A stretch of 64,000 bases of DNA, taken from Oikopleura dioica (taxonomy: Eukaryota; Animalia; Chordata). Under the pieces are notes generated by a model. It was not told where the DNA came from and searched no databases. It worked only from the letters and a program-made list of their open reading frames with translations. Location: the NCBI GenBank assembly GCA_907165135.1, contig OU015568.1, forward strand, positions 5,642,001 through 5,706,000, given 5' to 3'. This document shows, in pieces, positions 33,283 to 45,427 of this stretch (positions within the stretch are counted from its first letter, which is position 1; every line of letters begins with the position of its first letter). Made by a program: the position numbers and the translations under genes.

Positions 33283-34473
33283 TGTATTGTAACTTATAAT
33301 TAAAACTTTAAATTTAAAGCCTTCTTTATCAATTATATAACTCGTTCCAGTGGGATGACGTGAACTGGGTCCAAGTCTCTGAGCTCTGCCGGCAGTGCAA
33401 AGTCTCCTTTTTCCAGCCTTTTTCCAATTCTTCGTTCTTCCTTATTCGATTAAGAGCAACTGCTGTCGAAAGCTTGATCCACTTTTCGCCCATTCGAACA
33501 CTCATTAGATAGAAAACTCCATTGAAGCTGATCGAAGATACTTTTGCGTTGAAGTGATTGCTTGCAATGTAACCCTGTGCTTCTTCGAAGCGGTTCAAAT
33601 TGTAATTGAGGGCGTAGTAGAAGCATTTATCGGATTTTCCAGTTGGAGAGCTTTTTGGTGGTCGAAAACGATATAAAATCGTCGATAAGTCAAGTCTTGA
33701 TTTTTAAGATATTTTGACCATTTTCAGATGACGATGACGGGAAAAGTCTTTCTGTCTTTGTCTTTCAGGCGAATTTCAATGAAATGAGTTCCGATCGATG
33801 ATCCGAAATGAAACACGAAGAGGCCTCTTAACATAAAAGTACTTGACAAGTCTGAATAAGGGTACTATTTACATGAATTTGAGTCGATTCGGAATATTAA
33901 TCGGAGCATCGCCGTTTTCTCTTATTCTCATCAAATTTCCGATTGCATCGACCAAGTAATGCTCGCCATTCAGAAAAGTGGCGCCGGTTGACTCTTGCGA
34001 TTTGAATTAATTATTTTTTAAATTTGGATTTATATTATGTATCAATGAGAAATCAAAAAAAAATTATCACAGATAAGTTATCAACAAACCCGTTCATAAG
34101 AAAACAAAAAGCCGTTAGCATTTATATTCTTTGCTCCGGTTTTGCGATTAAAATCGGCCAAAAGAATCGGAAAACTTTCTTTTTCAATCTGTCGGCCTAT
34201 CCAACGACCAGTTATCAGCTCAATATTCCCGTTTACTTCTTGAGAAATAATCGTTGACGCAGTTGACGTTGATGAAGTGGAACTTTGGGAAGTCGATGTT
34301 GAAAAAGTTGAGGTCGACAAAGAAGAAGTTGGGAGTTCAGATGTAGACAATGTTTTCGGTGACTCAGTCGGCCATATATTCCCGTTTGATTCCTGGGGAA
34401 TAATCGTTGACGCAGTCGACGTTGCTGAAGTTGGATTTTCAGAAGTCGATGTTGAAAAAGTTGAGGTCGACAA

Positions 34474-34723
34474 TGTGTATGGCGCTGAGGTTATGCATGC
34501 ATAACCAGGTTATGCACTCTTAATAAAAATCATATTAATTGATATGTAACAGATAGTTCAAGTGCGCTTCGCGCCTGATCTTAGAGAAAAATCGTTTTTA
34601 AGTCTTTTGGAACCAATCTAGCCTCAAATTGCTCCAATTTAAATCGAGAATGCATAACCAGGTTATGCAAAATCCAGGAAAATGCATAACCTGGTTATGC
34701 CATAACCTCAGCGCCCGACACCC
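34474..34723. mobile_element. 250-bp MITE, 9-bp TSD GGTCGACAA, in the Ser/Thr exon of copy B
   Basis: Inverted GGCGCTGAGGTTATG / CATAACCTCAGCGCC. TSD at 34465-34473 and 34724-34732. Confidence 0.8.
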
Positions 34724-36143
34724 GGTCGACAAAGAAGAAGTTGGAAGTTCAGACGTTGTCAATGTAGTCGGTGATCTAGTTGGCCACACACTATCTTCCA
34801 GTTTTTGCAAATCAAAAACCGGAATCAATTTTTGACGCGACTCAAACTTCTCACATTCATAAAAAGGGCAAGGGCAGCCATTTTTACAGTACTTTTGAGT
34901 TGGGCACACGTCGCCGGCGGAATCAGAAGACCGAGTTAGTTCAAAGCAAATCGATTCACAGGGCGAAATAGGGTTTGTCCTTGTTGATCGCAAAACGAGA
35001 TTTTCTGAGCAAAGATGACGGCAGATTTTTTGATCGTAAAAACGCTTCTTCTGACAGCGGATTAGATTCACAACGTTTTCGTCTTTTGAAAAACAAGAGG
35101 CTCGGATTTAGGCTGCTCGATTTGGGAAACGGGCTCTGGAAGAATGAATTCTTCAGTTTCATGACATTGTTTCATCAAATGGCCGCAATAATCCATTTCA
35201 GCAATTTTGACGCATTTTTTGTAGTTTCGGTGGCACGTCGAAGTCAGAAAAGTAGATACTCCTCGTGACCTTTGAAGCGAGTACCAGTTCGCTGAAACAT
35301 GTTAATAAAGAAGAAGGAAAGCAAAACGCACTGATGAGGATGATGGTTATCCAGAAGATCGAGCCGGTTCCAAGATAGAATCGCTGCTGCGGAGGCGTAG
35401 CGAAACCATGTTCTTCGGGAGACAATTTTGTTTTGATCGATTTCATCTTTGGTGGTTTCTTTGAGAGGTTATCTGAGTGTATACTGTTTTATATAGTTTT
35501 TTAGATAGATTGGCTCTAAAATAGACAACCAATCCTTCAAGTCTCGTTTTCGCGTGTGAATGCTTCTCGTCGATAAAACACTTTCCGGGGACAAGTAGAC
35601 AAAATCACCTTTTTGCTTGAGAATGCCAATACAGTGACAGTCCAAACACTTTAAGTGTTTAATAAACAAAAAACATATTTCATAGTTTGTTTCTCTCTCA
35701 CCTGAATTCTAGGTTGCTCCATCTCAGTTGACTTGGCCTCTATTTCATCCTCAATAACCATATCGACTGTTCTCTAAAAGAGAAAAGAGCAAGTGTGAAA
35801 AAAGAAGTTCTGACAGAAAAAAACTCGTTTATGAGAAGAATCGGTACGCCTGCTTGTCTGACACTTGGACAGCTTGTCTCCGCATTGTTACCGGTTTCTT
35901 CGCCTCACCTTTCCCATCGCTGATTTTTGAGAAGCTTGTTGTACTCATCGACAAGGAGTACTCATCGACGTAACCGCGGCCCAGTTAAAATATTTGAATC
36001 TACGGAATCGGAAAAATCATCGAAATCGTCCGATTTCGTCCAAATCCAGCGGGTGACAAAAATGGCCGGACCAAAAATCGACGAGAGTATTTTTTACTTG
36101 TTCATTGATTGTTGTTGATTTTATTGAAATTATCAAATTTCGA

Positions 36144-39100
36144 TCAAGGAACTTCAGTTAACATATCAGGAATATCATAAACGCCCTCATTTATGTCATG
36201 AAGGAAATTCAGCAGCAGAATATGAAAAAGCTTCGGATTGTCGAACATCGGCACTCTTTCTCGATCCTCAACTTGGGAAGGGAAAACTTCGAGCTTTGTA
36301 TTCGGCATTTTTAATCTTTTCCTGGCTTTTCAAAATTGATTCTGAGGGTCGAAGAGCATTGTTATTGAAAGCCATTCATATCACGATCATAAAGTCTTCT
36401 TCCAGCACCATCGCTGGCCCTGACAATGGTCAGGTTTGGAATCAGCATTTGCACGTAATTTTCTTTCGGAAAGGCATGAGTAGACATTGGCGCCAAACTT
36501 ATCCATCCTCGAATTTTGTCGTCTGAAGCATGCTTATGAATCCAGCCGATTGCGTATCGATGCGTCACGGAAGCAGTCAAAATAACAGGTCTTTTAGAAA
36601 GATTTTTAACAGAGAAAATGTCTGGTAGACAGTCTCTTAGACAGGCCAAGCTGGGCAGATCAAAACTTCAAGAATCCTTCCTGTCAAGCTTGAGTTTCTT
36701 CATCATCTCATCAAAGAACGCAATATTTACATCAGCTTTTTCATCATCCGGCAAAGACTCTACTCCTTCCTTCAGCCCGGTTGCCACCAGCAGAGTTCGA
36801 AATTTTTGCGGCTCCCGGGCAAGGGGGCGGCGGGCGGGCGGGCACGGGCAGAATATTTAAGATTCCCGGGGGCAAAAACGGTCACGGGCACAAAAACGAA
36901 TTTTCCCGCGAGCCAAGCGGGCACGGGCACTATAACAAATTTTCCCGCGGGCAGATACGGGCACGGGCATGAATGAGAAGATTCCCGCGGGCATAAACGG
37001 GCACGGGCGGTTTGCCCGCGTTCCCGCACGAAATATTCCCGAGGGCAGCCCGGGGGAACATTTTTTTCTACTGCTAAATCTCAAGCCTATTTTTCAAAAT
37101 AAGAAAATAAAATAAAAACGACCCTGAATCAATTCGGATTTTTAAATCGCAAGTTTTAGGAGCTAGTTAGAAACTACGACCGAATGGTCTCCGTTTCCCC
37201 AACTTTGGGAAACGGCGACTTGGGCAAACGGCGATGTGAATTAGTTTAAATTGATTGATCATATAACTTTTATTGTCTTCTTCACAGTCAATCCCGGCTT
37301 CACTTATTTCAATCCCGGCTTCAAAAACTTCGATCCTAGCTTTTCAGACGTCAATCTTGGTGGCTCAAACTTGAATCCTGGCATCTCCAGCGTCAATCCC
37401 GGCTTCTTCAATGCTGATCCGGGCGTCACTTACTTCAATCCAAGCTTCTCAAACGTCACTCCCGGCTTCTCAGTTGTCAATCATCGCTTCTCGAATGTCG
37501 ATCATGGCTTCTTCAAGATAAAATTGGCGTTGAAAAAGCCGAGATGGAGATGGATGAAGCCGGGATCGACGTTGGAGAAGTCGGGATCGACGATGGAGAA
37601 ATCGGGATTGACGTCGAAGAACCCGGGATGGACATTGGAGAAGCCATATTTGAAGTCGGTGAAGCGAGAATTGCCAATTATGAATTGGCGATGGAGAAGC
37701 CATAATTGATATAGTGTCGATGATATTGGAGAAAACATGATTGATGTTGGTGAAGCCAGGATTGGCGTTGAGGAAGCCAGGATTGACATTAAAAAAGCCA
37801 AATAATGTCTAATGATCAATTAAATTAATTAATTAAATATAAACTTTTTTCAGATCGCCGTTTGCCCAAGATCTCCGTTTCTCCAAGTTGGGCAAACCAA
37901 TATAGACCCTCGAACACCACATTTTTTTAGAATCAGCAGTAAATTTCAAAAACTTTGACGGTTTAAAATTCTAGAGAACTCCACTTCCGATCGATTTGTA
38001 AAGGTACATAATGTTCGGGGGCCTATAAGGCGGAAATGGGGTGGAAAACTTCGTTACCCTTAAAAAAAGCACGTCATAACAGTTCTGTATGCAGATTAGT
38101 TTTCAATATACTCCCTCAAGTATTTGGTGTCTATTTCCACGCTATTTAAAGAGTTTAAACACTTTTTCATAAGGGGCATTGAATCTGCCCGTGCCCGTTT
38201 AAGCTCGCGGGAATCTTGCCCGTGCCCGAATTTGCCCGCGGGAATATTTTTTATTGTGCCCGTGCCCGCTTGGCCCGCGGGAAAATTCGTTTTTTTGCCC
38301 GTGACCGCTTTTGCCCTCGGGAATTTTCACTTTTTTGCCCGTGCCCGTATCTTCCCCCGGGCAAACGCGGGATTTCGAACTCTGGCCACCAGACCTGGCA
38401 TATTCACAGCAACGGGGTCGAAACCAAACTCAACTGAAAAGCGAATGAAAAGAAACAAGAAAATCCCGGACATGCCTAGTTTCTGCATTGTTCCCATCCA
38501 CTCCCATGTTTCAGACGCCCAGTCCGGCCCATGGAGAAGAATTATTGGAACGGGATGTCGTTTCTGCTCCTAGAATCGCTTAAAATCAATATCTACTCAT
38601 TACTTGCGCTCTAGAACCTGTGTAGAAGGCCTGAGTCAGGATTTGAAAGATCTCTCATGAAAAGCCGCGTAGCGGCTTTCATAAAAGATATTTTAGACCC
38701 TGACTCAGGTTCTCGACACAGGTCGCTGAACCAAGCCCTTCTGCTTACATAAAAATCAGGATCAGTTGAAACCGCCCTTCTGTAGGTAATGTTGAAACCT
38801 TGAAGATCAATGAACTTTGTCTCTACTTTGACGGGGTCGTAGTTGCCGTAGACTTTCTTCCTGAAAGGAGAGGTGAGTAAGCTATAGAAATAAAGCATCA
38901 ACTGGGGGTATTTCTTCGCATCAGAAGGGACAGCGGCGGTGAATTCGTGGTAGGTTGCGCCTTTTTGAGTCGATTTTGATGATTTTGGACTGTTTTTCCG
39001 TGATTTGAAAATAAGAAAATTCAAGAAAATCTGTCGAATGTAAAATTTGAAGTTAGTTTTTTCTCGGTTTTTTAATCACAATCCTAAAAACGCATAAAAC

Positions 39101-39145
39101 AACAATGATCGAAATAAAAAGAAAGGGAAGAATAAAATTTTTCAT
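36144..39145 (-). CDS. ABHD14: ABHD14-like alpha/beta hydrolase with N-terminal TM; one exon interrupted by a transposon
   Basis: Exons read MKNFILPFLFISIIVV.., IDLQGFNITYRR, IILLHGPDWASETWEWMGTMQKL|VEFGFDPVAVNMPG, RPVILTASV..ISLAP..NY..IPNL and MPNTKL..DNPKLFHILLLNFL, collinear with ABHD14A/B motifs recalled from the human protein. The start is approximate. Confidence 0.75.
36791..38384. mobile_element. hAT-like element, 8-bp TSD GCCACCAG, inside an ABHD14 exon
   Basis: TIRs CAGAGTTCGAAAT / ATTTCGAACTCTG, subterminal GGGCACGGGC repeats, TSD at 36783-36790 and 38385-38392. Confidence 0.9.
37188..37896. mobile_element. Foldback element with head-to-head 21-bp minisatellite arrays, nested in the hAT-like element
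   Basis: Ends TTGGGCAAACGGCGA / TCGCCGTTTGCCCAA. Unit ~GTCAATCCCGGCTTCTCCAAC flips orientation near 37520. Confidence 0.75.
38617..38722. mobile_element. ~100-bp palindromic MITE (CCTGTGTAGAAAACCTGAGTCAGG family); more than 10 further copies or fragments up to 62728
   Basis: Same inverted termini at ~39520, 43230, 44337, 48857, 54074, 55565, 56396, 57019, 59215, 60736, 61585 and 62700. Confidence 0.85.
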
Positions 39146-39703
39146 TTTTTCTTTATTTTGAAAAGAAAGAAAACCGCGCTCCGAGCAAACGGTCCGGATT
39201 AGTGAAGGGTTTTGAATTACCCCGGCGATTTTACTAGCCCCAGAATGACTTTTCAAACGATTTGAGCGAAAAAATTCTTAGCCAAATAGAAAAACTGAGA
39301 TTTGGAGTCCCGGGATAGGAACTGCCTCGCGATGATATTTACTCGCAGTTCTGATAAACATCCGCACACAAATAGAGCCAGAATTTACGCATCGAATCTG
39401 TTCGTTCCGAAAATTGAATAATTAGAGGCTCCTTGAAAAAATGTTGTTCCGAGACAGTTCTTCTGATATTTCACTTTGGTAAGAAAATTGAAGGAAAAAG
39501 GTTGAATTGAGCTCGGAAACCTGTGTAAAAAACCTGAATCAGGGTCTTAAAATGCCGATGATTGTAATTTAAACATTTGCGAAGCCTGAAAACCCTGACT
39601 CAGGTTTTCTCCACAGGTTTCAAAGCTAAGAAATCGAGAAGACCCACTTTGGAAGAAGTTCTTTTTTTCATTCAAATTCAAAAACAAAAATTTTAGCTTG
39701 AAA

Positions 39704-39996
39704 GGTGACGACACAGATGCTTGCTTTTGGATCATCAACATCACGCTGCCAAGTAAATACTCTCCAAAAAGGCTTGCCCTTTACTCTTTTCCCCCTTTTT
39801 AGTCCTTTACTCGCTAATCTGCGCCTTCGCCGTCGGAAAGACTTTCCGCGACAAGCGCGCTCTCGACAAACTTCAGATGGCAGAAGCAATGGGCGGCAAT
39901 GAAGAAGCTGCCGCTGAAAATCCAGCTTTTGATGACATCGAAAAATCAGCTGAGAAAAGAGCTGAAATTGAAAATCATGATGATACTGAATTTTAG
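39704..39996 (+). CDS. 3' exons of a small unknown membrane protein
   Basis: DDTDACFWIINITLP|ILYSLICAFAVGKTFRDKRALDKLQMAEAMGG...HDDTEF* across a GT-AG intron, with AATAAA downstream. The 5' exons are not resolved. Confidence 0.45.
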
Positions 39997-40137
39997 CTTG
40001 AATTTTATTTAAAATAAAGAGCAATCTATAAAATCACATTTTTATTTGCATCTATTTTTTTTCGGGAGAAGACAGTTTTTACAAAGTAACAACTTTTCCT
40101 TTCGAATAGGTTCTTGTTTTGAAGCAATGTCGAGTTT

Positions 40138-41033
40138 TTACTTCCTTGCTATCTTCGATTGACCCAGCTGATTCGAAGCCAGCATCTTTAAAAAAGCCAA
40201 TGAGAAGCTGTAATACAGTAAAATAAAGTAACCTAAAGTCAAAGACCAAAGAGACCCCCATCTTTTTTCCATCCCGCTTTTTCGGTCGTCAAGGAGTTCA
40301 CTCTTGGCTCTTTTTTGCACATGAGCCTCCTTTTTGCCATCTTGTGTGGCATTTTGCTCATTCAGGATTTCTTCTTTTTCAGGGGAAAAGATTTTTTTCT
40401 CAAGCTCAGCTCTCAAAAGCTTATTTTTTCTTCAAAAAATCGAATTTTTTCGCTTACAAACCTCATTTTGCTCCTCAATTTGATGAAAATTCAGTTTCAA
40501 ATTTTCAACCAGGTCTTCCAAGTCGTCGATTCTCTTCTCCAATTTTGCTGATTTTCTCTCTGCTTCAACCCTTTTTCCTTCCGAGATTTTTAAGTCTTCG
40601 ACAAGCTCAGAAACTTGCTCATTGATGATTTCCCTTAGCTCATTTTTCGACACTTACAAAAATAAAATGAATTTTCTCGTATTTTGCCTACCTGTCGATT
40701 CATAGCCAGATGATCTTGTTGAGACGGAAATTTCAGAAAAAGAGATTTTCGACAAGCTTGACAATTTTGACTGAAGACTTGGGTGATACGGCATCTCTTA
40801 TTTTGTTGGAAAAGGTTTTTTTGAAAGTAGCTAGCTTGGGAACCGCGAAATGCGCATAATCATCATCTTGACCTTTTTGAATCCAGAAGAAAAGGAGATT
40901 TTTATGAGCTACTTATGGCGGACCTCTTGTTACGAGCTGATGAGTAGATTCTCCTTTTCATTTTTTGCTGCTTAATTTCGTCCATGACATAATTGAGAGT
41001 GTTTATGATATTCCCCATTTGCTCAATGAACAT
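40138..41033 (-). CDS. Unknown multi-exon coiled-coil protein with possible C-terminal hydrophobic segment
   Basis: ORF pieces 40432-40653 and 40138-40416 (heptad-rich), plus upstream exons with plausible splice sites. Confidence 0.4.
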
Positions 41034-41268
41034 CCCCGAAGAAGATAAATGAAATCAATTTGTCGATCTCCGAAATTTTCGTCACTGGATGGTGTCCCCT
41101 AGCATCATTGCTTTGATGTTATCTTCGTTGCTTCAATAATAGCCTCTCTTGTTGATGATTATCATTTTCAAAGCAGGGGCTCTCCAGATGCACTTCCACA
41201 TGAAAATATACATCTGCCATGAGATATTTAATGCATCCTTTTTCAACCAATAATCAAAAATCCAAATA

Positions 41269-41736
41269 ATGCCAAAACAACCAACAATACAAAAAGCACC
41301 AGCCCAGCCCTATCCAACTGGAGGTCGGTCAATTCGCGCTCCTGAATTTCAACACCGCGGCATCAAATCGACCTCCACCAACTTTACGCCTCAACCAGCT
41401 TTCTCTTCAACCCCAACTCGAGTTCGAAAGCGAGAGTTGCGCCCTGCGCCTTATGTTCCAATGTATGGCCAGGCGCTCCCAGATGACTATTTCTTCCCCA
41501 AGACTTATACTCCCTCAACCTACAGCTTGACGCAAGTGGAGGATTTCAACGACGCAGTTGACGAAGAAGAGGAGGAAAACGAGCAAACTTGCGGGATGGT
41601 GAAAATCTGGATGATGGAAAAAATCGACAAGCAAGACAAAACCATCGAATCGCTGCGAAATCAGCTGGAAGAAGCGAAAGAAGAACTGACCAAACTCAAA
41701 GAAAACACAAAAGACTGCATCTGTACTCTTCCTTGA
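41269..41736 (+). CDS. Unknown 155-aa single-exon protein (Pro-rich N-terminus, coiled-coil C-terminus)
   Basis: ATG-initiated ORF with AATAAA ~10 bp after the stop, convergent with ABAT. Confidence 0.55.
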   Translation: MPKQPTIQKAPAQPYPTGGRSIRAPEFQHRGIKSTSTNFTPQPAFSSTPTRVRKRELRPAPYVPMYGQALPDDYFFPKTYTPSTYSLTQVEDFNDAVDEEEEENEQTCGMVKIWMMEKIDKQDKTIESLRNQLEEAKEELTKLKENTKDCICTLP

Positions 41737-41854
41737 TTGCGATAAATAAACTTTTCAAAATTGGATGCTTGTCAGAAATTAATGATAAATTGTTTTATTT
41801 GAATATGCTGAATTCAGCTAGAAGCAGGGCAGAAAAGAGAGTCGAAGTAATTTT

Positions 41855-43978
41855 TTATTGCTCGAGAGTTTTCTCGAAAAGATGGAGGAATTCGTCGGCG
41901 TGGCTTTTGTCAAAAGTCAGGGATGGTCTCAGCCGAATCGATTGATTTCCACATCCTCCAAGCAACAAACCCTCTTTCATCGCATCTCCAACGACTTTGT
42001 CTCTCGCCGCCATTGTCGGATGATCCCAAGCCACAAGCGTTCCCCGTCCACGCACATTTGCAATATCTCCATATTTCTCCGAAAGCGCTAGAATTTCGCT
42101 CTTGACGTAGTCCCCAACATCGGCGGCTTTGGCGGTCAGGTCTTCAGCTTCGTTGACGTTTAAAACCGAATCAAGGATGACCAATCGCGCCGGGTCGCCA
42201 ACAAAAGTGTTGAAAATCGTCGGCCCCCAGTTGCTGTTCAAGCTCTTTCTGTAGTAAAAGCCCGCTGCTTGCATTTTCTTGGCAAAAGTGACCACATCCG
42301 GGGGTGTTTCGAGGCCCCAGTGTTCGTGCGCCCACCATTTTCCGCTCACTCCGGCGCCGGTTTGGACTTCGTCGACGATGAAATACACCTAGAAAGTGGC
42401 TCATTTGCGAATGAAATTTGTCGTCACTTACATTTTCTTCCAAGCAAATGTTCCTCAGCCGCCTGTAAAATGAATCTGAAGCCGTTCTATCGCCTCCTTC
42501 CGCTTGAATCGGCTCAATAATCATTCCCGCGACAGGTTTTCCCGCCTTTGCTCGCTCCTTGATCACGTGTCTAACCTGCTCCAAGCAGCGGCTTTCTTCT
42601 GCTTCGTTTTCAGCCGCGTGCTGGTCGAGAGGATAGCGCAGTTGGGGATGATCGACGATCGGAAAGTCCAAAAGTGGAATATCGACCTAAATCGAATGGA
42701 AAAAAGTGAGTCGTTGTTGTTTTCAAAACCTTGATTCTGCCCCTCGTATTCGTGCAGGAGGCGCAGCCAAAGGTTCGCCCGTGGAAAGCGCCGGTAAATG
42801 ACATTATTGACAGCTTATTGCCCTCTCCTTCGAAATAAACATGCTGGAAAATCGATCAGATTGAGATAGATCTTTACCTTTGTTGAAATTAGCAGCGTTG
42901 CACTCGGCATCGCTGACTTCGTCTGTTCCTCGCTCTCGATTCATCCAAGCCTGGAATTTTTGATTAAAAATGATTGAAAAAAGGGAAAAATTTGGGAAAA
43001 ATTGAAAAGTCGCGCAGCGGCTTTTTTAAAAACGAAGCCGCGAAGCGGCTTCGCCTTAAATTATGGCCCATAATCACCATTTAAATCTCTTTAAGTTTTA
43101 TTCCCGGAATTTAGAATTCCTGACTCAGGTTTTATCATTTGAATCAATTTTCAAATTCTTGCAAAGCCGCTTCGCGGCGTCGATTTGAAAAAAGCCGCTG
43201 CGCGGCTTTCCTTTAGAGGTTCCTTAGACCATGACTCAGGCTTTTTACACAGGTTCCTGAGCTCAGGCCCTGAGTCAGATTTGAACACAGTTTGCTGAGA
43301 AGAGAAAAACTACCTTGAAAACAGTCTTGAAAGCATTTTCATTCGAGCAAGATCCGCACATCATCGTCGTAACTCCATCCATTCCAGGTGGAGCACAGCG
43401 CATAAGAGTTTGCTCCAACTGCTGTGGGAATTTTCTGAAAAGCGTTATCAAAAAATCTGTCGGAAAAAACTTACGAGTGAGGAAAATAGCCCATGGCCGG
43501 CCGATTCGCCATGAAATTCTTCATTTCGTTCGATTCGCACGCTGCCAGGACTGCTGGATGGTTGTAGCCAAGAGTCGCCGAGGAGATTTGCGAGAAGGCG
43601 TCGAGGAAGACGTTACCGTCGACGTCGGCGATGTAGTTGCCGAGGGAGTTCTCGATGTCGAAGAAAATTCGCATCGTCGCCGCCATGTGAGGCGAGAGTC
43701 GAGCGTACTCTTCTTTTTGGGCGATGCCGATGGGGCCGGGAACGGTAGCGCTTCGAACTGCTGCTTGCCAGCCTTCATCAACGCGTGTGCCTAATGGTCA
43801 AGTTATGGAACAGACTTTAATTTGGTTCAAATTTGGTCGAGAATCGCGAATTTGGGTTTATTTGGTCTTTTTTTCATCAGAAAACTTCATAAAAAAATTT
43901 TAAAATTAATTAAATCATGAAAAATATGCTTGAATTACCGTAATTTCTTAAAACGAACAATTTTCGAAAGTGTCTCAT
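41855..43978 (-). CDS. ABAT: 4-aminobutyrate aminotransferase (GABA/beta-alanine transaminase)
   Basis: VPGP..SLGNYIADVDGNVFLDAFSQISSATLGYNHP, MCGSCSNENAFK, SFTGAFHGRT, IIEPIQAEGGD, DEVQTG and TFAKKMQ (PLP lysine). Confidence 0.95.
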
Positions 43979-45427
43979 TTCGAAAAAACAAAAAACTAAA
44001 CTGACGATTTTTCACCAAAACAATTCTCTTCGGCGAGTGTTCTCGAAAGATTCTCGACTGCAAATTAACTTCAGTAATCGATATCTACTGACACTCAGCG
44101 AGAAAGGAATTGCTGATGGACACGGCTCTTTTTGGAGCTTTTATTGAATGAGGAAATTATTTATCTTGGCCTAAAAATCGATGCCTTCCCGGCGATTAGT
44201 TTATTGACCATTCTTCAGAAAAAAAAAAGCTGAAAACATAGTAAAAATAAAAATTCAACCAAAAATAACCGAGATCGTAAAATCTGTTTTTTTTTGTTTC
44301 TATTGACCTAGATACCACAAGACCAGGGCTCGGAATCCTGTGTTGAAAACCTGAGTCAGGGTCTGAAAGAACTTTTTATTAAAGAGCTTTGAGTTCCTGA
44401 CTCAGGTTTTCTACACAGGATGAGAGAATTTTTAATTGATCAATTTTCGGTAAAAAATTTTCGTAAATTGCTTGAGTCCGAAGTTCAAAAGTCAAAATTC
44501 ACTTTAATAATCAAATATTTTCTGTCATTATTTATCATCAGAATGGCATGATCCATAGTTAAACCTACCCTTTAGCTTCGTAAGCTGTTTTAAAATCGAA
44601 GATCTCTTCATTATTTTTGAAATAAAAAATCAAGAAAAAAAGCCTTTTTGAAAAAGAAAGAATGAATGATCAACTGCTGCTACGAAGGCTAAAGAATATT
44701 CCAGCCGTAAATGAAGTTACCTTGTTTGGACTCAAGAAAACCGGATCGAGGAAACGAACGTCCCGGAGCAATTCTGTACTAGAGCGATTGGCTCGAAGGC
44801 CAACGCCCACTTTTGGCGTAACAACATGTGACCTCCAAATTAGGCAAGCAGCGAGCTGGCTGGGGAGCTCTCGCTGGATTGGGGCCAATTTTACGACCAT
44901 TTTGAGTTTTTTGAACTCGAGTTTCGATCCAGTCTTGCTTTACGAGCAAGGTACGAGGTCAACGCCTCTTTCAAACCTAACAAGACAATTCTAGCGCGAT
45001 TGAGATAAATAATGAATTATCAAAGTCAAAAATGCTGCCTTTTTTATCCCAAAAAAGTGGTTCCAATGGATAAAAAGCCTCCACGAAAGTCTAATTGTTT
45101 ATGTTAGACACCCTGACTCAGGGACCCTGACCGTACTCACTTATCTTCGCTCTTGCAACTTGCAAATATCTCTTCATTCTTTTCTTCAACCAAATTAAGA
45201 TTAGACTCAAAAGAACAGGAAACGAAATTTACAAACAAATAACAATTTTCGTCTTTCCGGTTTAAAAGCTCCAGGAAAACAAAGTCGGCTATTCAAAATG
45301 GTTGTTTCCATATTTATGAATAGATTCTTTTGATTATTATTATTTGAATAATTTATTTGATAATATTTTAGTATTTGAATTAATCGAACTGTAAGAGAGG
45401 AAAACAGCGTATCTTTTCGAATGGAAT

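Larger units (their letters stand above)
13912..35917 (-). pseudogene. Copy B of the Cys-rich/Ser-Thr/kelch-like propeller gene, heavily TE-interrupted
   Basis: ORF pieces 35469-35669, 35198-35446, 34598-35071, 34081-34473, 33329-33598, 32310-32630, 19328-19807, 18858-19295, 18227-18526 and 14268-14546 each match a copy-A piece. Exonic insertions occur at 14508, 18877 and 34474. Confidence 0.7.

Noticed and set aside
37251-37819. NPGF-repeat proteins
   Set aside because: Open frames arise from a 21-bp minisatellite inside a foldback element.
44660-45200. Small gene between CNDP2 and ABAT
   Set aside because: Short ORFs on both strands with no motif. It cannot be called from sequence alone, though it is not excluded.
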